Below the pieces are notes generated by a model. It had not been told where the DNA came from and did not search any database. It saw nothing but the letters and a program-made list of their open reading frames with translations. DNA of 40,354 nt from Fervidicoccaceae archaeon (GTDB lineage Archaea > Thermoproteota > Thermoprotei_A > Sulfolobales > Fervidicoccaceae): positions 496,001 to 536,354 of the forward strand of contig JAVYOA010000009.1 in assembly GCA_038734945.1 (NCBI GenBank), written 5' to 3'. Shown here one piece after another: positions 8,817 through 19,059 of the stretch (position 1 is its first letter; every line of letters begins with the position of its first letter). A program made the translations under genes and the position numbers.

Positions 8817-10202
8817 TCACCTCACGCTTTTCGCTATTCTTATTACTTTTTCGACAACCCCGAAGGGATCCGTATCGAACACAAATGCTAAGGGTTCCTT
8901 TCCAAATCCTCCCCTATCTATGATCAAATCTGGTATCTTGTTTCCTGCCCTCCTAACTGCCACTTCGATTCCCCAAGGAGTGGTGGCACCCTCCTTATTT
9001 CTTATTTCTGGAGGCTCCTCCATTCTATCGAAATAGGAAGTTCTAATTCCCAGCTGTTCTGCTATCTCCTCTAAGTTATCTGTATAAGCTATATTCATAG
9101 CAGACCTCTTGCTCGGATCGAATCTCATCATGGAGATCACTGCACTAGCTACATGTTTGGAAGCTCCAAATTCCGGAGGATAAGGAGCAGCTAGCTTCTT
9201 TCCAATAAGAACAATCCTACCAGGAAATCCAGCTACATCCTCTGTGGTTCTCGCATACCAGGCTGGCAGACTCATCACGAAGTTTATGCCTACTTCTGGA
9301 TATAGCTTCGATACTGCTTCCCCATTTTCTATGAGGATTTTAACAGCTTCTTTCAGCGACTGCAGTATTCTGAAGCGCTCAGCTGGTATTTCGATCCAAG
9401 AACCAGGATTAACTGGGCAATGCCCTCCACCAACTTTTGTTCCGTAAAATATGGATTGAGTGATAAATTCCTTGGCGCGCTTAATGGATGATATAACATC
9501 AAGCTTCCAGGCTAAGTTAGCAGCAATGGCGGCGCTGAAGGAGCATCCAGTTCCATGCGTGCATCCCTCCTCTATCCAATTTCCTGATAGAATGTGGTAT
9601 TCACCATTGTAGTAAACAACATCTGATGCTCTATCTCCCTCTATATGTCCCCCTTTTACAACAACTACTTTGGGGGAAAACTCCTTTTGAATGACAAGAG
9701 CAGCCCTTTTAGCATCTTCAATATTTCTTATTTTTAGTCCCGAAAGAACTTCAGCTTCCATTCTATTAGGTGTTACAACCTCTGCTCTTGGAAGAATTTT
9801 GCTCTTAAGAGCATCAATTGCATCCTCTCTTAGAAGGCGAGCCCCGCTTTTGGCTACCATTACTGGATCCACAACAAGTGGGAAATCGTACTTGCTGAGA
9901 ACCGAAGCTACAGCATCAATTATCTCCTTGCTGCTAAGCATTCCAGTCTTTGCTGCATCGACCCCTATATCCTCAACAACTGCCTCGATCTGTTTTACAA
10001 CTACAGCTGGGGGAACATCATGTATTGCAGTAACTTCCTTGGTGTTCTGAGCTGTTATGCTAGTTATTGCACTCATTCCGTGAACTCCATGGACAAGAAA
10101 AGTCTTCAAGTCTGCCTGGATCCCAGCTCCTCCTCCCGAATCGCTACCAGCAATGGTGAGCGCTCTAGGTGGGTGATTGAATTTCCAAGACATAACATTC
10201 AC
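8817..10202 (-). CDS. thiD: Bifunctional HMP/HMP-P kinase and ThiN thiamine-phosphate synthase (ThiDN)
   Basis: [27 protein letters not shown] and THGTGC; ThiN domain with [14 protein letters not shown] and GFGKEP. Probable start is ATG at 10193. Confidence 0.95.
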   Translation of the reverse strand: MNVMSWKFNHPPRALTIAGSDSGGGAGIQADLKTFLVHGVHGMSAITSITAQNTKEVTAIHDVPPAVVVKQIEAVVEDIGVDAAKTGMLSSKEIIDAVASVLSKYDFPLVVDPVMVAKSGARLLREDAIDALKSKILPRAEVVTPNRMEAEVLSGLKIRNIEDAKRAALVIQKEFSPKVVVVKGGHIEGDRASDVVYYNGEYHILSGNWIEEGCTHGTGCSFSAAIAANLAWKLDVISSIKRAKEFITQSIFYGTKVGGGHCPVNPGSWIEIPAERFRILQSLKEAVKILIENGEAVSKLYPEVGINFVMSLPAWYARTTEDVAGFPGRIVLIGKKLAAPYPPEFGASKHVASAVISMMRFDPSKRSAMNIAYTDNLEEIAEQLGIRTSYFDRMEEPPEIRNKEGATTPWGIEVAVRRAGNKIPDLIIDRGGFGKEPLAFVFDTDPFGVVEKVIRIAKSVR

Positions 10203-10363
10203 CTATTACCAACTTCTAATCATATTAATAATAAAATTTTCGCATATTTATTCAGCAATTTTTAAACATCGTTCTGCTCCTCCTTGTTGAGTTTCCAATG
10301 CTCGGAAATTGAAAAGTAGTCTAGAAAAAATAATAAGCAATAATGAACATGAATTAAGGAGAG

Positions 10364-11326
10364 ATGAACTTCATGGAATTTAGAAACCTTGGATTAACGG
10401 AGGAAAAAGTAAGTGAAGTTGGATTAGGAACATGGCAGTTCAGCGAATCTTGGGGAATTCTCGATTATGAAGTTGCCAAAAAAGTTATAGCAGCTGCTAT
10501 TGAGCATGAGATTAATTTCATAGATACAGCCATAGCTTATGGATTGGGAAAAAGCGAGGAGTTCATTGGTAGAGCCATCAAGGAATTGAAAGCTAGGGAT
10601 AGCGTTCTCATTGCAACAAAAATTCCAGGAGAGTTTCTAGCAGAGCACGATGTTCTGCATGCAGTAGCAGGAAGCCTGAGAAGACTGCAAACGGATCACG
10701 TTGAATTAATGCAGGTGCACTCTCCTCCTTTGTGGAATAATATTCCTACATGTGAGTACATGAGAGCGCTGGAAAAATTGGTCTTCATGGGCCTCATAGA
10801 TTACATAGGATTGAGCAATTTTCCACCGATATTGATAGAGGAAGCCAGAAGCTGCCTCTCAAGAGAAGATGTTGTTAGCATTCAAGTTAGATATAACTTG
10901 ATTGAAAGAGAGGCAGAGAAGGAAATAATTCATTATTCATTGAGCACTGGTATGAGCTTAATAAGTTGGAGCCCACTTGCAAAGGGAGCACTCTCAGGAA
11001 AGTACACCCTTGAGAATCTTCCAAAGTTCACTGATGTAAGGGGAAGCGAACCAATATTCATTCAGCAGAATTTTGAGAAAATATACCCGTTGTTGGAGAA
11101 GCTGAAGGAGATTGCGCTTAAATATAATAAAACGCAGCCGCAAGTTGCTCTGAACTGGCTGCTAAGCTCTTATGACAACATAATTGTAATACCTGGGGCA
11201 AAATCTCCTGAGCAGGTAGTAGAAAATGCCGGAGCTTCTGGATGGAAAATGAGCTTCAATGATTGGAGGGAGCTGGAGGAGCTCTCCAGAAGAATAACTA
11301 TATTTAGAAGCTTGAAAGCTCCATGA
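10364..11326 (+). CDS. Aldo/keto reductase
   Basis: GLGTWQF, DTAIAYG, IATK, QVH, GLSNF, SPLAKG and IPGAK motifs. Confidence 0.95.
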   Translation: MNFMEFRNLGLTEEKVSEVGLGTWQFSESWGILDYEVAKKVIAAAIEHEINFIDTAIAYGLGKSEEFIGRAIKELKARDSVLIATKIPGEFLAEHDVLHAVAGSLRRLQTDHVELMQVHSPPLWNNIPTCEYMRALEKLVFMGLIDYIGLSNFPPILIEEARSCLSREDVVSIQVRYNLIEREAEKEIIHYSLSTGMSLISWSPLAKGALSGKYTLENLPKFTDVRGSEPIFIQQNFEKIYPLLEKLKEIALKYNKTQPQVALNWLLSSYDNIIVIPGAKSPEQVVENAGASGWKMSFNDWRELEELSRRITIFRSLKAP

Positions 11327-11338
11327 AGGATTTTTGCC

Positions 11339-12439
11339 TTGAAAGTCGGAATTATTGGCGGAGGGATCTCGGGGATCCTCTCTGCTATAAAACTGCTTAA
11401 AGCTGGCTGCGATGTATTTCTCTACGAAGAGCATCAGAGCATAGGATATCCCAAGCACTGTACTGGACTTATATCAGAGAGAACTCAGAAGGAGCTCGAA
11501 TATGCCGGAAAGAAGTGCACAGATTCATTTTATTCTTCGATCAATTTCGAGATTCCGTTTGAGGGAAGATTGAAGCTTTTTTCTAAATACAAGATAGTTC
11601 ACCTTGATAGAGCTTGTCTGGAGAGAGAGCTCTTTCATTTATTTGAAGATTTAGGGGGAAAGGCATTTCTTGGAAAAAAAGCCACCTTAGATGGGAGGAA
11701 TCACATCATTGCTGGAGGCCATTCTGCATATTTCGACCACGTAATAGTTGCTGAGGGAATTAGAAGAGAGATATCAAAAAAATTTTTAAAATACTTGAAA
11801 AATGAACAAAAAGTGTTTGGATTGAATGTTGTTTATAGAGCAAAGCATGAACTTGAGGGCATTACTGTCGGCTTCCATCCATCTATAGCTAAGGGATTTT
11901 TCTACTGGATTTTTCCCACAGCTGAGAATACGGTAATCGTTGGAGCAGGAACATCAAATCCAAGAAACCTGAATAATAGCATATCACTATTGACAAAAGT
12001 TTACAACCTAAATACTCCAATTGAGATTGAAAGGTATGGAGGATGGATAAGCACTGGCCCTCCCCCAAAAAGGCAGGAAATCAGAGATATAACTTTTATT
12101 GGTGATGCCTTTGGAATGCAAAAGCCTATAACTGGTGGGGGAATTTTTCCAATTACATATGCTCTGAAAGGTGTAGAGGAAAAAAGCTGTGTATCTTCCA
12201 TTGAAGTTCTGAGGGAGAATTCAATAAAAATAACGAATTTATTGAAAAAACAGCTACCAATCGCGAGGATAGCTCACTCAGAGAGCTTTTACACTTTAGC
12301 TAGAAAAATAATAGGAACCTTCAATGGTCTGGAGATAGTTGATGAGCAGGGCCTGTTCGATTATGATAGGCATGAAACGATTTTTCCATACATATTGCTA
12401 CACTTCTTCGATTTTCTGAGAGAAATTAAAATTAAATAG
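11339..12439 (+). CDS. Geranylgeranyl reductase family FAD-dependent oxidoreductase
   Basis: GGGISG, PKHCTGL, FFYWIFP and IGDA-x4-KPITGGGI motifs. Confidence 0.85.
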   Translation: MKVGIIGGGISGILSAIKLLKAGCDVFLYEEHQSIGYPKHCTGLISERTQKELEYAGKKCTDSFYSSINFEIPFEGRLKLFSKYKIVHLDRACLERELFHLFEDLGGKAFLGKKATLDGRNHIIAGGHSAYFDHVIVAEGIRREISKKFLKYLKNEQKVFGLNVVYRAKHELEGITVGFHPSIAKGFFYWIFPTAENTVIVGAGTSNPRNLNNSISLLTKVYNLNTPIEIERYGGWISTGPPPKRQEIRDITFIGDAFGMQKPITGGGIFPITYALKGVEEKSCVSSIEVLRENSIKITNLLKKQLPIARIAHSESFYTLARKIIGTFNGLEIVDEQGLFDYDRHETIFPYILLHFFDFLREIKIK

Positions 12440-12444
12440 AAAGG

Positions 12445-12523
12445 AAATTTCCCCCGCCTTACCGTTCCAGCTTCATCTTCATCTGCCTCTGGCATTTCTG
12501 CGGACGTGAGACTGGCGGGGCTC
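12445..12523 (-). ncRNA. Single-hairpin H/ACA-type pseudouridylation guide sRNA; predicted target is the 23S rRNA uridine equivalent to E. coli U2593
   Basis: Basal stem CCCCGCC/GGCGGGG; pocket strands GUCUCAC (12512-12506) and CGGU (12464-12461); upper stem ending in a CAGA/AUGAAG K-turn-like motif; ANA box (AAA, 12450-12448) 14 nt from the top of the pocket; U-rich tail. Confidence 0.8.
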
Positions 12524-12656
12524 AATACTTCTTCTTTCAATCTGAAAATAAAAATTTACTCTCTGAAAAGTCTTATTTTGTTGTTTCATTACTATACATT
12601 TTATATCGCGCCTTTTCTTGAAAATACTACTAAGAAAAATGTAGGGGGGCTGATTA

Positions 12657-13835
12657 ATGGAAAAGAAGGGCAATGATTTGCTCACACACAAGTTAATTCT
12701 CACTCCTGGCCCAACTGAGATGCCGAGAGAGCTGCTTCTCTCCCTTGCAAAGGACGTGGAAAACCCTGATCTCGATCAATCCTTCTACGATTTTTACCAT
12801 GGAATTTATCAGAAGCTTGCTAGATTACTGAACTCGTGGAATCATAGAGCATTGATAATGCTTGGAGAAGCAATGCTCGGCCTTGAAGCCAGCATAATCA
12901 ATTTGCTAGAAGAGGGGGAAGAGGGATTAGTCCTCTCAAATGGCTTTTTCGGGGATGGATTCTCCGATTTACTTAATTTGACGGGAAGAAAATCAAAGGT
13001 ATGTAAGTGGGATGAAAGAGAGGGTATTCCAGCCGATGAAACTGAAAAATGCATAGAGCAGAGTCCCAATTCCAAAGCAGTTTATATGGTTCACTGCGAG
13101 ACTCCAACAGGGGTACTGAATCCAGTTGAAAAAATTGCTCCAATTGCTTCTGAATCTGGTAAATATGTAGTTGTAGACGCAGTATCCAGCATGTTCACAA
13201 CTCCAATTTATGCTGATGAATGGAAGGTGGATGTTCTCATAGGTGGAAGTCAGAAAGCCTTGAATTTGCCACCAGGACTAACAATACTAATGATTAGCGA
13301 CAAGGCATGGAAATACTCAGTCAGTAAGAACACAAAATCTTTCTACCTTTCTTTCTCCCAGTGGAGGGGATTTCTGGAAAATAGAGAGATGACTCCATAT
13401 ACTCACTCAATGAACCACCTTAGAGCGCTTGACGATGCGCTAATTAGAATGATAAACGAAGGGGAAGATAATGTATACAGGAGGCACGAGAAGATTAGAG
13501 AGGCATCATGGAAGGCTGCTTCCCTACTTGGACTTGAGCTATTTCCAAGAGATATAAAGAGCGCATGTCCAGGAGTTACAGCAGTCCTCCTCCCCAGCGA
13601 TATTTCATCAATTGAAGCCAGCCAATGGATAATGAACAGATATGGAATAATGCTGGGGACAGGTCTGGGAAAGCTCAGAGAGAGAATACTTAGGATAGGA
13701 CATATGGGCTTTACAGCATCACTAGACTACCTTCTATTAGCTTATCTTGCTGTTGGGAGCTATCTAAAGGAGAAGGGAAAAGTTAGACCAGTTGATATAG
13801 TAGAATCTCTGGAGGCAATAATGAGGATCAAATAA
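12657..13835 (+). CDS. Class V PLP-dependent aminotransferase (serine-pyruvate/alanine-glyoxylate type)
   Basis: LTPGPT, VHCETPTG, DAVSS, GSQKALNLPPG and RIGHMG motifs. Confidence 0.93.
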   Translation: MEKKGNDLLTHKLILTPGPTEMPRELLLSLAKDVENPDLDQSFYDFYHGIYQKLARLLNSWNHRALIMLGEAMLGLEASIINLLEEGEEGLVLSNGFFGDGFSDLLNLTGRKSKVCKWDEREGIPADETEKCIEQSPNSKAVYMVHCETPTGVLNPVEKIAPIASESGKYVVVDAVSSMFTTPIYADEWKVDVLIGGSQKALNLPPGLTILMISDKAWKYSVSKNTKSFYLSFSQWRGFLENREMTPYTHSMNHLRALDDALIRMINEGEDNVYRRHEKIREASWKAASLLGLELFPRDIKSACPGVTAVLLPSDISSIEASQWIMNRYGIMLGTGLGKLRERILRIGHMGFTASLDYLLLAYLAVGSYLKEKGKVRPVDIVESLEAIMRIK

Positions 13836-13883
13836 TTTTTTCCCTTCCAAAATAGAACTCTATTATAATTAAGCTAACCGCTT

Positions 13884-14834
13884 TTATTCTTGACTCTTCC
13901 TTTTATTTTTTCCATTCTCAAGGGCCTTATGAGCAATTTCTAGGTTCTTCAATCCATCAAAGAATGTTATTGGTACTCTACTTCCGCTGGCAACTGATGA
14001 AAGGAAGGCCTCATCCTCTATAGTGAGAGGCTCTCTTTTCTGAATCATTCTCTCCATTTTCCACTTTCCCGTATAAACCTCTAAGCTTTGCTGCATGAAG
14101 TCCAACTGTGCGACTCCATTTGTCCCTGTTATTATAGCTTTCCTTTCCTTATAGGGTGTTACCCTGTTCGCCTCTATCGAATGTATGTGAGTATCATAGT
14201 CGAGAAGTATAAAGCAGGAATCCTCGTGGTCTTTCGAATAGCGATAGTAGTAGAATGAATAAACCTTTTCAGGAGTCTTGCCTGCCAAATCAATAGAGAG
14301 ATCTATATCATGAATAGCTAGATCCAGCACAACCCCCACATCCGATATCCTCGCCACGAATGGTCCAACCCTTCTCGATGTGATTGAGATGATATTTCCA
14401 AGCACTCCTTCAGCTATTGCGTTTTTCAGCTCCTGATAGGCAGGATTGAATCTCTCTATATGTCCCACCATTACCTTTTCTAGAATAGATTTTGGATATT
14501 TTCCTGCAAGCTCTTTTGCTTTCTGAACGTCATCGCCTAGAGGTTTTTCCACGAATATATATTCTATTCCGCTCTCAATGAGCTTTTCCAAAATTTCCAA
14601 ATGTGTAAATGTTGGGGAAGCTACAACGGGAATAACATCGTTTCCTTCGCTCCTAATAGCCTCATCTATATCCTTGTAAAACCTCACTCCAAATTTTGAG
14701 GAGACCATCTTTGCCTTCTGCTCATCTGGCTCCACAATAAACGATAGAGAGTGGCCGAATTTTGGAGCAATTTCATTGAGAACTCTAGCGTGTGCCTGAC
14801 CCATATATCCAGCTCCTATAATTCCCAGCTTCAT
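13884..14834 (-). CDS. Gfo/Idh/MocA oxidoreductase (UDP-GlcNAc 3-dehydrogenase-like)
   Basis: GAGYMG, VEKP, VGHIERFNPA and DLAIHDID motifs. Confidence 0.9.
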   Translation of the reverse strand: MKLGIIGAGYMGQAHARVLNEIAPKFGHSLSFIVEPDEQKAKMVSSKFGVRFYKDIDEAIRSEGNDVIPVVASPTFTHLEILEKLIESGIEYIFVEKPLGDDVQKAKELAGKYPKSILEKVMVGHIERFNPAYQELKNAIAEGVLGNIISITSRRVGPFVARISDVGVVLDLAIHDIDLSIDLAGKTPEKVYSFYYYRYSKDHEDSCFILLDYDTHIHSIEANRVTPYKERKAIITGTNGVAQLDFMQQSLEVYTGKWKMERMIQKREPLTIEDEAFLSSVASGSRVPITFFDGLKNLEIAHKALENGKNKRKSQE

Positions 14835-14911
14835 AAACGTTCCCCAATTGGGTATGAGGAGCTCAGTTAATATTTTTAATTAGCAAACTTATTCAGTTTA
14901 ATTTACTGAAT

Positions 14912-16426
14912 GTGAAAAAGGGTTCAGCTATGGAGAAAGCAACATTAACGGAGGGAGAAAGAAAGCTGCTTGCGGTTTTGATAAATTTAGGTAAAGATGT
15001 TGAAGTGAATTTCCTTTCCGAACTAACTGGCTTCCCCTCATCTACCGTAAATGCTTTAATAGAGCTCCTAAAATCAAAAGGACTGATTAGAGAGGAAGTA
15101 TCGTATACTCTAAACTACAGACTTACAAATGAAGGAAAAGAGGCTTTGGAGAACGGATTGCCGGAAGAAAAGTTAACATCAGTCCTTCTAAATTCCGGCC
15201 CTCTTTCTATACCTGAGCTAGAAAATCGCTTGGGAAGAAAGCTTCTTCAAATAGCCCTTGGTGCTGCTAGAAAGAGAGGAGTAGTTGAAGTGAAGGAAGG
15301 AAAAGCATATCTAGTCAAGGAAAGACTCAACGAGATCACCATTGATAGGGAAGTTCTCAAGAGGATTGGAAGGGGCGAAGCTCTGGAAAAAGAGCTAGAA
15401 AGCAGGCTGGAAACTCTGATGAGAAGAGGATTGATCGAGAAAGAACTTAGGAAAGTGAGAAAAGTTAGGGCGGAAATGCCTGCAGCTAAAACAGCTATTG
15501 AAACTCAATCGGAAGTATTGGTAAAAATGACATCGCAGGATTTGACCAGTGGAAGATGGAGGGAGGCCTACATAAAGGAGTACAATGTTGAAGCACTTCC
15601 TCCAAGACAGCATCCCGGCATTCCAAGCTTCTACATGCTATTTATTGAGAGAATAAAAGATATACTAAAATCCCTCGGATTCCGTGAAGTTGTAGGGCCA
15701 ATTGTGGAGACTGAGTTCTGGAACTTCGATGTTCTATTTCAAGCCCAAGACCATCCCTCCAGAGAAATACATGATACATTCTGGATAGACCTAGACAACG
15801 AAAACTTATATGCTGATAAAAATTTAGTCGAGAGGGCTAGGACAGTACATGAGAGCGGAGGGAAGAGCGGAAGCAAGGGCTGGAGGTACAAGTGGAAGCA
15901 GGAAAATGCTGCTAGACTCATACTCAGAACGCAGATGACTGCTGTATCTGCGAGAACCCTAGCATCTAAACCTGAGCCACCATTTAGATTTTTTTCCATA
16001 GGAAAGGTCTTTAGACCGGATCTCATTGACTCAAGACATCTCCCAGAATTCTATCAGCTTGATGCAATAATTGGAGATAGAGACATGAACTTCTCTTTTC
16101 TGCTCGGCGCGATAGTGGAGTTCTTCGAGGAAATGGGCTTGAAGGAAGTTAGATTTAAGCCAGCTTATTTTCCTTTCACGGAGCCCAGCGTAGAAGGATA
16201 TATAAAAATCGAACCACTGGGTTGGGTTGAAGTTTTTGGAGCTGGTTTATTCAGACCAGAAGTTTTGGAAATCTTAGATGTCAATGTTCCGGTGGGAGCC
16301 TGGGGTATGGGCCTCGACAGACTAGCAATGGCCTTGCTCAACATAGATGATATAAGAAAACTGTACTCAAGAGATGTCTTGCTGCTGAGAGAAGCTCTCT
16401 CAAAAAGAATTGAATCGCTAATTTGA
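14912..16426 (+). CDS. pheS: Phenylalanine--tRNA ligase alpha subunit (archaeal type)
   Basis: FWNFDVLFQAQDHPSREIHDTF, LRTQMT, YFPFTEPS and AWGMGLDRL. Start is more likely ATG at 14930. Confidence 0.97.
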   Translation: MKKGSAMEKATLTEGERKLLAVLINLGKDVEVNFLSELTGFPSSTVNALIELLKSKGLIREEVSYTLNYRLTNEGKEALENGLPEEKLTSVLLNSGPLSIPELENRLGRKLLQIALGAARKRGVVEVKEGKAYLVKERLNEITIDREVLKRIGRGEALEKELESRLETLMRRGLIEKELRKVRKVRAEMPAAKTAIETQSEVLVKMTSQDLTSGRWREAYIKEYNVEALPPRQHPGIPSFYMLFIERIKDILKSLGFREVVGPIVETEFWNFDVLFQAQDHPSREIHDTFWIDLDNENLYADKNLVERARTVHESGGKSGSKGWRYKWKQENAARLILRTQMTAVSARTLASKPEPPFRFFSIGKVFRPDLIDSRHLPEFYQLDAIIGDRDMNFSFLLGAIVEFFEEMGLKEVRFKPAYFPFTEPSVEGYIKIEPLGWVEVFGAGLFRPEVLEILDVNVPVGAWGMGLDRLAMALLNIDDIRKLYSRDVLLLREALSKRIESLI

Positions 16427-16437
16427 GGTGATTCCAA

Positions 16438-18102
16438 TTGCCAGTTCTATACTTAAACCCCGAAAGATTGATAAGCTTCATAGGAGACAGAGGAATAGCT
16501 TTAGAAAAACTCAACGAAATTCTCTTCTCTCTGAAATCTGAATCAAGTCTTACAGCGGATGGATTGCTTGAAGTTGAAGTCAACAGCGACAGGCCAGATC
16601 TCTTTATCAGCGAGGGCATCGCAAGAGCGGTAAAAGGATTGATTGGGTACGAGAAGGGGTTGTTCCAGCCAAGGATACAGGATTCGAGTTACATGCTGAA
16701 GGTTGATGAGGTTCCAAGTAGACCTTTTATAGCTATAGGGATTGTGAGGGGAGTTGAGCTAGGAGAGGAAGGTCTTAAAGAGCTTATTCAGTTTCAAGAA
16801 AAACTGCATATAACCATAGGAAGGAACAGAAGAAAGATGGCTATTGGGATTCACGATCTCAGAAAGATTCCGAGCCAGGATCTGAGATACACAATGGTAA
16901 CGCTCGAGCATGAAATGTTCCCCCTTGGTATAAGAGAGAAGAAAAAGATAAGGGAGGTTCTATCGGGAACTCCTCAAGGTAGAAGCTATGGAGAAATATC
17001 ATTGATAGGAGGAGCCCATCCTGCTATTTTCTCTGGCGATGAAATCATAAGTCTCCCTCCTGTGATTAATTCTGAAATCACCAGAATTGAGCCTGATACA
17101 AAAGATCTGCTAATTGATGTAACAGGTATCGATGAGGAGACTGTTCTGAAGACCCTCGATCTAATTACAAGCATTTTGAATGAAAAAACGGGGAGTATTA
17201 TAGAAAGAGTGCATGTATTGAAGCCAAATGGAGAAAGGAGGAAAGATCCCCTCTTGAACAAAATCCAGCTAGCTCTGGAGAAAGATTATGCGGAAAAAGT
17301 TCTGGGACTAAAGCTTGATGAAAAGGAGATAGCTGATCTATTGGAGAGAATGAGATTGGGTGTGGAGAAAGCTGAAGATTTTCTGTTCAGAGTCACAGTG
17401 CCTGAATATAGATCTGATATTCTGCATCCAGTCGATCTCGTTGAGGATATTGCAATGGCATATGGATATAGCAGAATAGTTCCCATGAGACCGAGCTTTT
17501 CCACAGAGGGCTCACTTGAGAGATTTTCGAGGATTTCGAGAATTCTAAGGATGTATGCTGTGGGTCTCGGCTTTCAGGAAGTTTCCGGTTTTGTATTGAC
17601 AGGTGACGAAGCAAATCTTTTTCTAAGGAAAGGAGAAAGAATAATGAGAATAAAAAACCCTGTTTCAGAAAATATGAAGTTTGTCAGACCAACCAACATA
17701 ATTTCTCTTCTCCTAGTTCTCAGGGAAAATCAGCATGTTGAATTGCCGCTGAAAATCTTTGAAATTGGAGAAAATGTCGTTATTGGTGGAAGCAGAATAT
17801 TGCAGAGAAGGACTATTGCTCTTGCAATAATGAAAGATGAGCTGAGCTTTGAAGAAATTCAAGCCCCAATATATTCCATTCTATCGAATTTCAGTAAAGA
17901 TGTTGTTTTCAGAAGAGATAGCATTGATTATTTGCTTCAGGGAAGAACAGCTAAAGTCAGTGTTGAGGGCATTCCTGTTGGGATCCTGGGAGAAGTTCAT
18001 CCACAAATTTTGACCGAAATGGGAATAAAATATCCGGTAGGAGTAGGAGAATTGGATTTGAGCTCTCTCTCCAGCTTGATCGAGAGAAAGAGAACTGCTT
18101 AG
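16438..18102 (+). CDS. pheT: Phenylalanine--tRNA ligase beta subunit
   Basis: DRPDL, QEKLH, LPPVINS and RSDILHPVDLVEDIA. TTG start 6 nt after GAGGTGA. Confidence 0.97.
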   Translation: MPVLYLNPERLISFIGDRGIALEKLNEILFSLKSESSLTADGLLEVEVNSDRPDLFISEGIARAVKGLIGYEKGLFQPRIQDSSYMLKVDEVPSRPFIAIGIVRGVELGEEGLKELIQFQEKLHITIGRNRRKMAIGIHDLRKIPSQDLRYTMVTLEHEMFPLGIREKKKIREVLSGTPQGRSYGEISLIGGAHPAIFSGDEIISLPPVINSEITRIEPDTKDLLIDVTGIDEETVLKTLDLITSILNEKTGSIIERVHVLKPNGERRKDPLLNKIQLALEKDYAEKVLGLKLDEKEIADLLERMRLGVEKAEDFLFRVTVPEYRSDILHPVDLVEDIAMAYGYSRIVPMRPSFSTEGSLERFSRISRILRMYAVGLGFQEVSGFVLTGDEANLFLRKGERIMRIKNPVSENMKFVRPTNIISLLLVLRENQHVELPLKIFEIGENVVIGGSRILQRRTIALAIMKDELSFEEIQAPIYSILSNFSKDVVFRRDSIDYLLQGRTAKVSVEGIPVGILGEVHPQILTEMGIKYPVGVGELDLSSLSSLIERKRTA

Positions 18103-18141
18103 AGGTAAAAATTTTTGCAAGCAATTGGAGAGGAATAAAAA

Positions 18142-18906
18142 ATGGTCGATGTAAAGGCTTTTGCTGATGGAAAGCCAAAAACAAGAAGAATATATTTAGA
18201 AGATTCATATATAAAGAAATTAGAAACTAGTGTTATTGCAGGAATTTGCGAGAGAGGAAGGAAGTGCTATGTTATTCTTGAAGAAACCATATTTCATCCC
18301 CAAGGGGGAGGTCAGCCCAGTGATGCTGGGGAGATCACGGGAGAAAATTTCAAGCTATCCGTGAAAAAGGTACTTGATGTGAATGATGTTCTCATTCACT
18401 ATGGAATTTTGGAGCAAGGAGAGCTCATGCACGCTGGAGAGAGAGTTGAACTAAGCATCGATTGGAATAGAAGGTACAGTATAATGAAAGCACATACAGC
18501 AGGACACATACTCGATTATGCCGTCAACGCTGTTATGAGAAAGTATGTAGAAACAATATCAGCAAGTCACTCACCAGAAGGCGCTTATGTAGTATATAAG
18601 ATAGAGAATGATGATCCTTTGGACCTAGAGAAAGTGGAGTTGGTGGCAAATGAGGCTGCTAGAGCATGCAGAGCAGTGAGAGTTGTGTACATTTCAAGAG
18701 AGGAGCTGTTCTCAAAGCTAAATAATGTTCCAAATTTGGAGAGGCTTCCAGTCCTCAGCTCCTATAGAATTATCTCAATAGATGGAATCAACTCGATACC
18801 TTGTTCTGGCACACATGTTATGAACACTTGTGAAATTAATGAAATTGAAGTCCTTGGAAAAGAAAAGGTCCAAGGGGGGATTGCTCTACATTATAAAGTC
18901 GTATGA
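18142..18906 (+). CDS. alaX: Free-standing alanyl-tRNA editing protein (AlaX-M type)
   Basis: TIFHPQGGGQPSD; zinc-binding motifs HTAGH and PCSGTHV. Confidence 0.88.
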   Translation: MVDVKAFADGKPKTRRIYLEDSYIKKLETSVIAGICERGRKCYVILEETIFHPQGGGQPSDAGEITGENFKLSVKKVLDVNDVLIHYGILEQGELMHAGERVELSIDWNRRYSIMKAHTAGHILDYAVNAVMRKYVETISASHSPEGAYVVYKIENDDPLDLEKVELVANEAARACRAVRVVYISREELFSKLNNVPNLERLPVLSSYRIISIDGINSIPCSGTHVMNTCEINEIEVLGKEKVQGGIALHYKVV

Positions 18907-19059
18907 TAGTGCATTTGAAATAGGCTTATTGTTATCAGCAACACTATTTAAAAGTTTGTTTTAAGTAAAAAACAAATTATTATTATTTACAGAAAGCATT
19001 AATACAATAAATATTTTAATATAATGAATGTTTAGAAATATATTGACAAATGTAATTTA

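Noticed and set aside
10203..10363. TPP riboswitch upstream of thiDN
   Set aside because: AT-rich spacer lacking the CTGAGA and downstream conserved TPP aptamer elements.
12451..12520. The same hairpin read on the plus strand, as a terminator or riboswitch for the downstream aminotransferase
   Set aside because: The plus strand folds but shows no TPP, fluoride or other aptamer motif I recognise. Only the minus strand gives the K-turn-like motif, the 14-nt ANA spacing and rRNA complementarity.
12479..12703. 74-aa minus-strand ORF
   Set aside because: No recognisable motif; it overlaps the sRNA, its promoter and the aminotransferase start.
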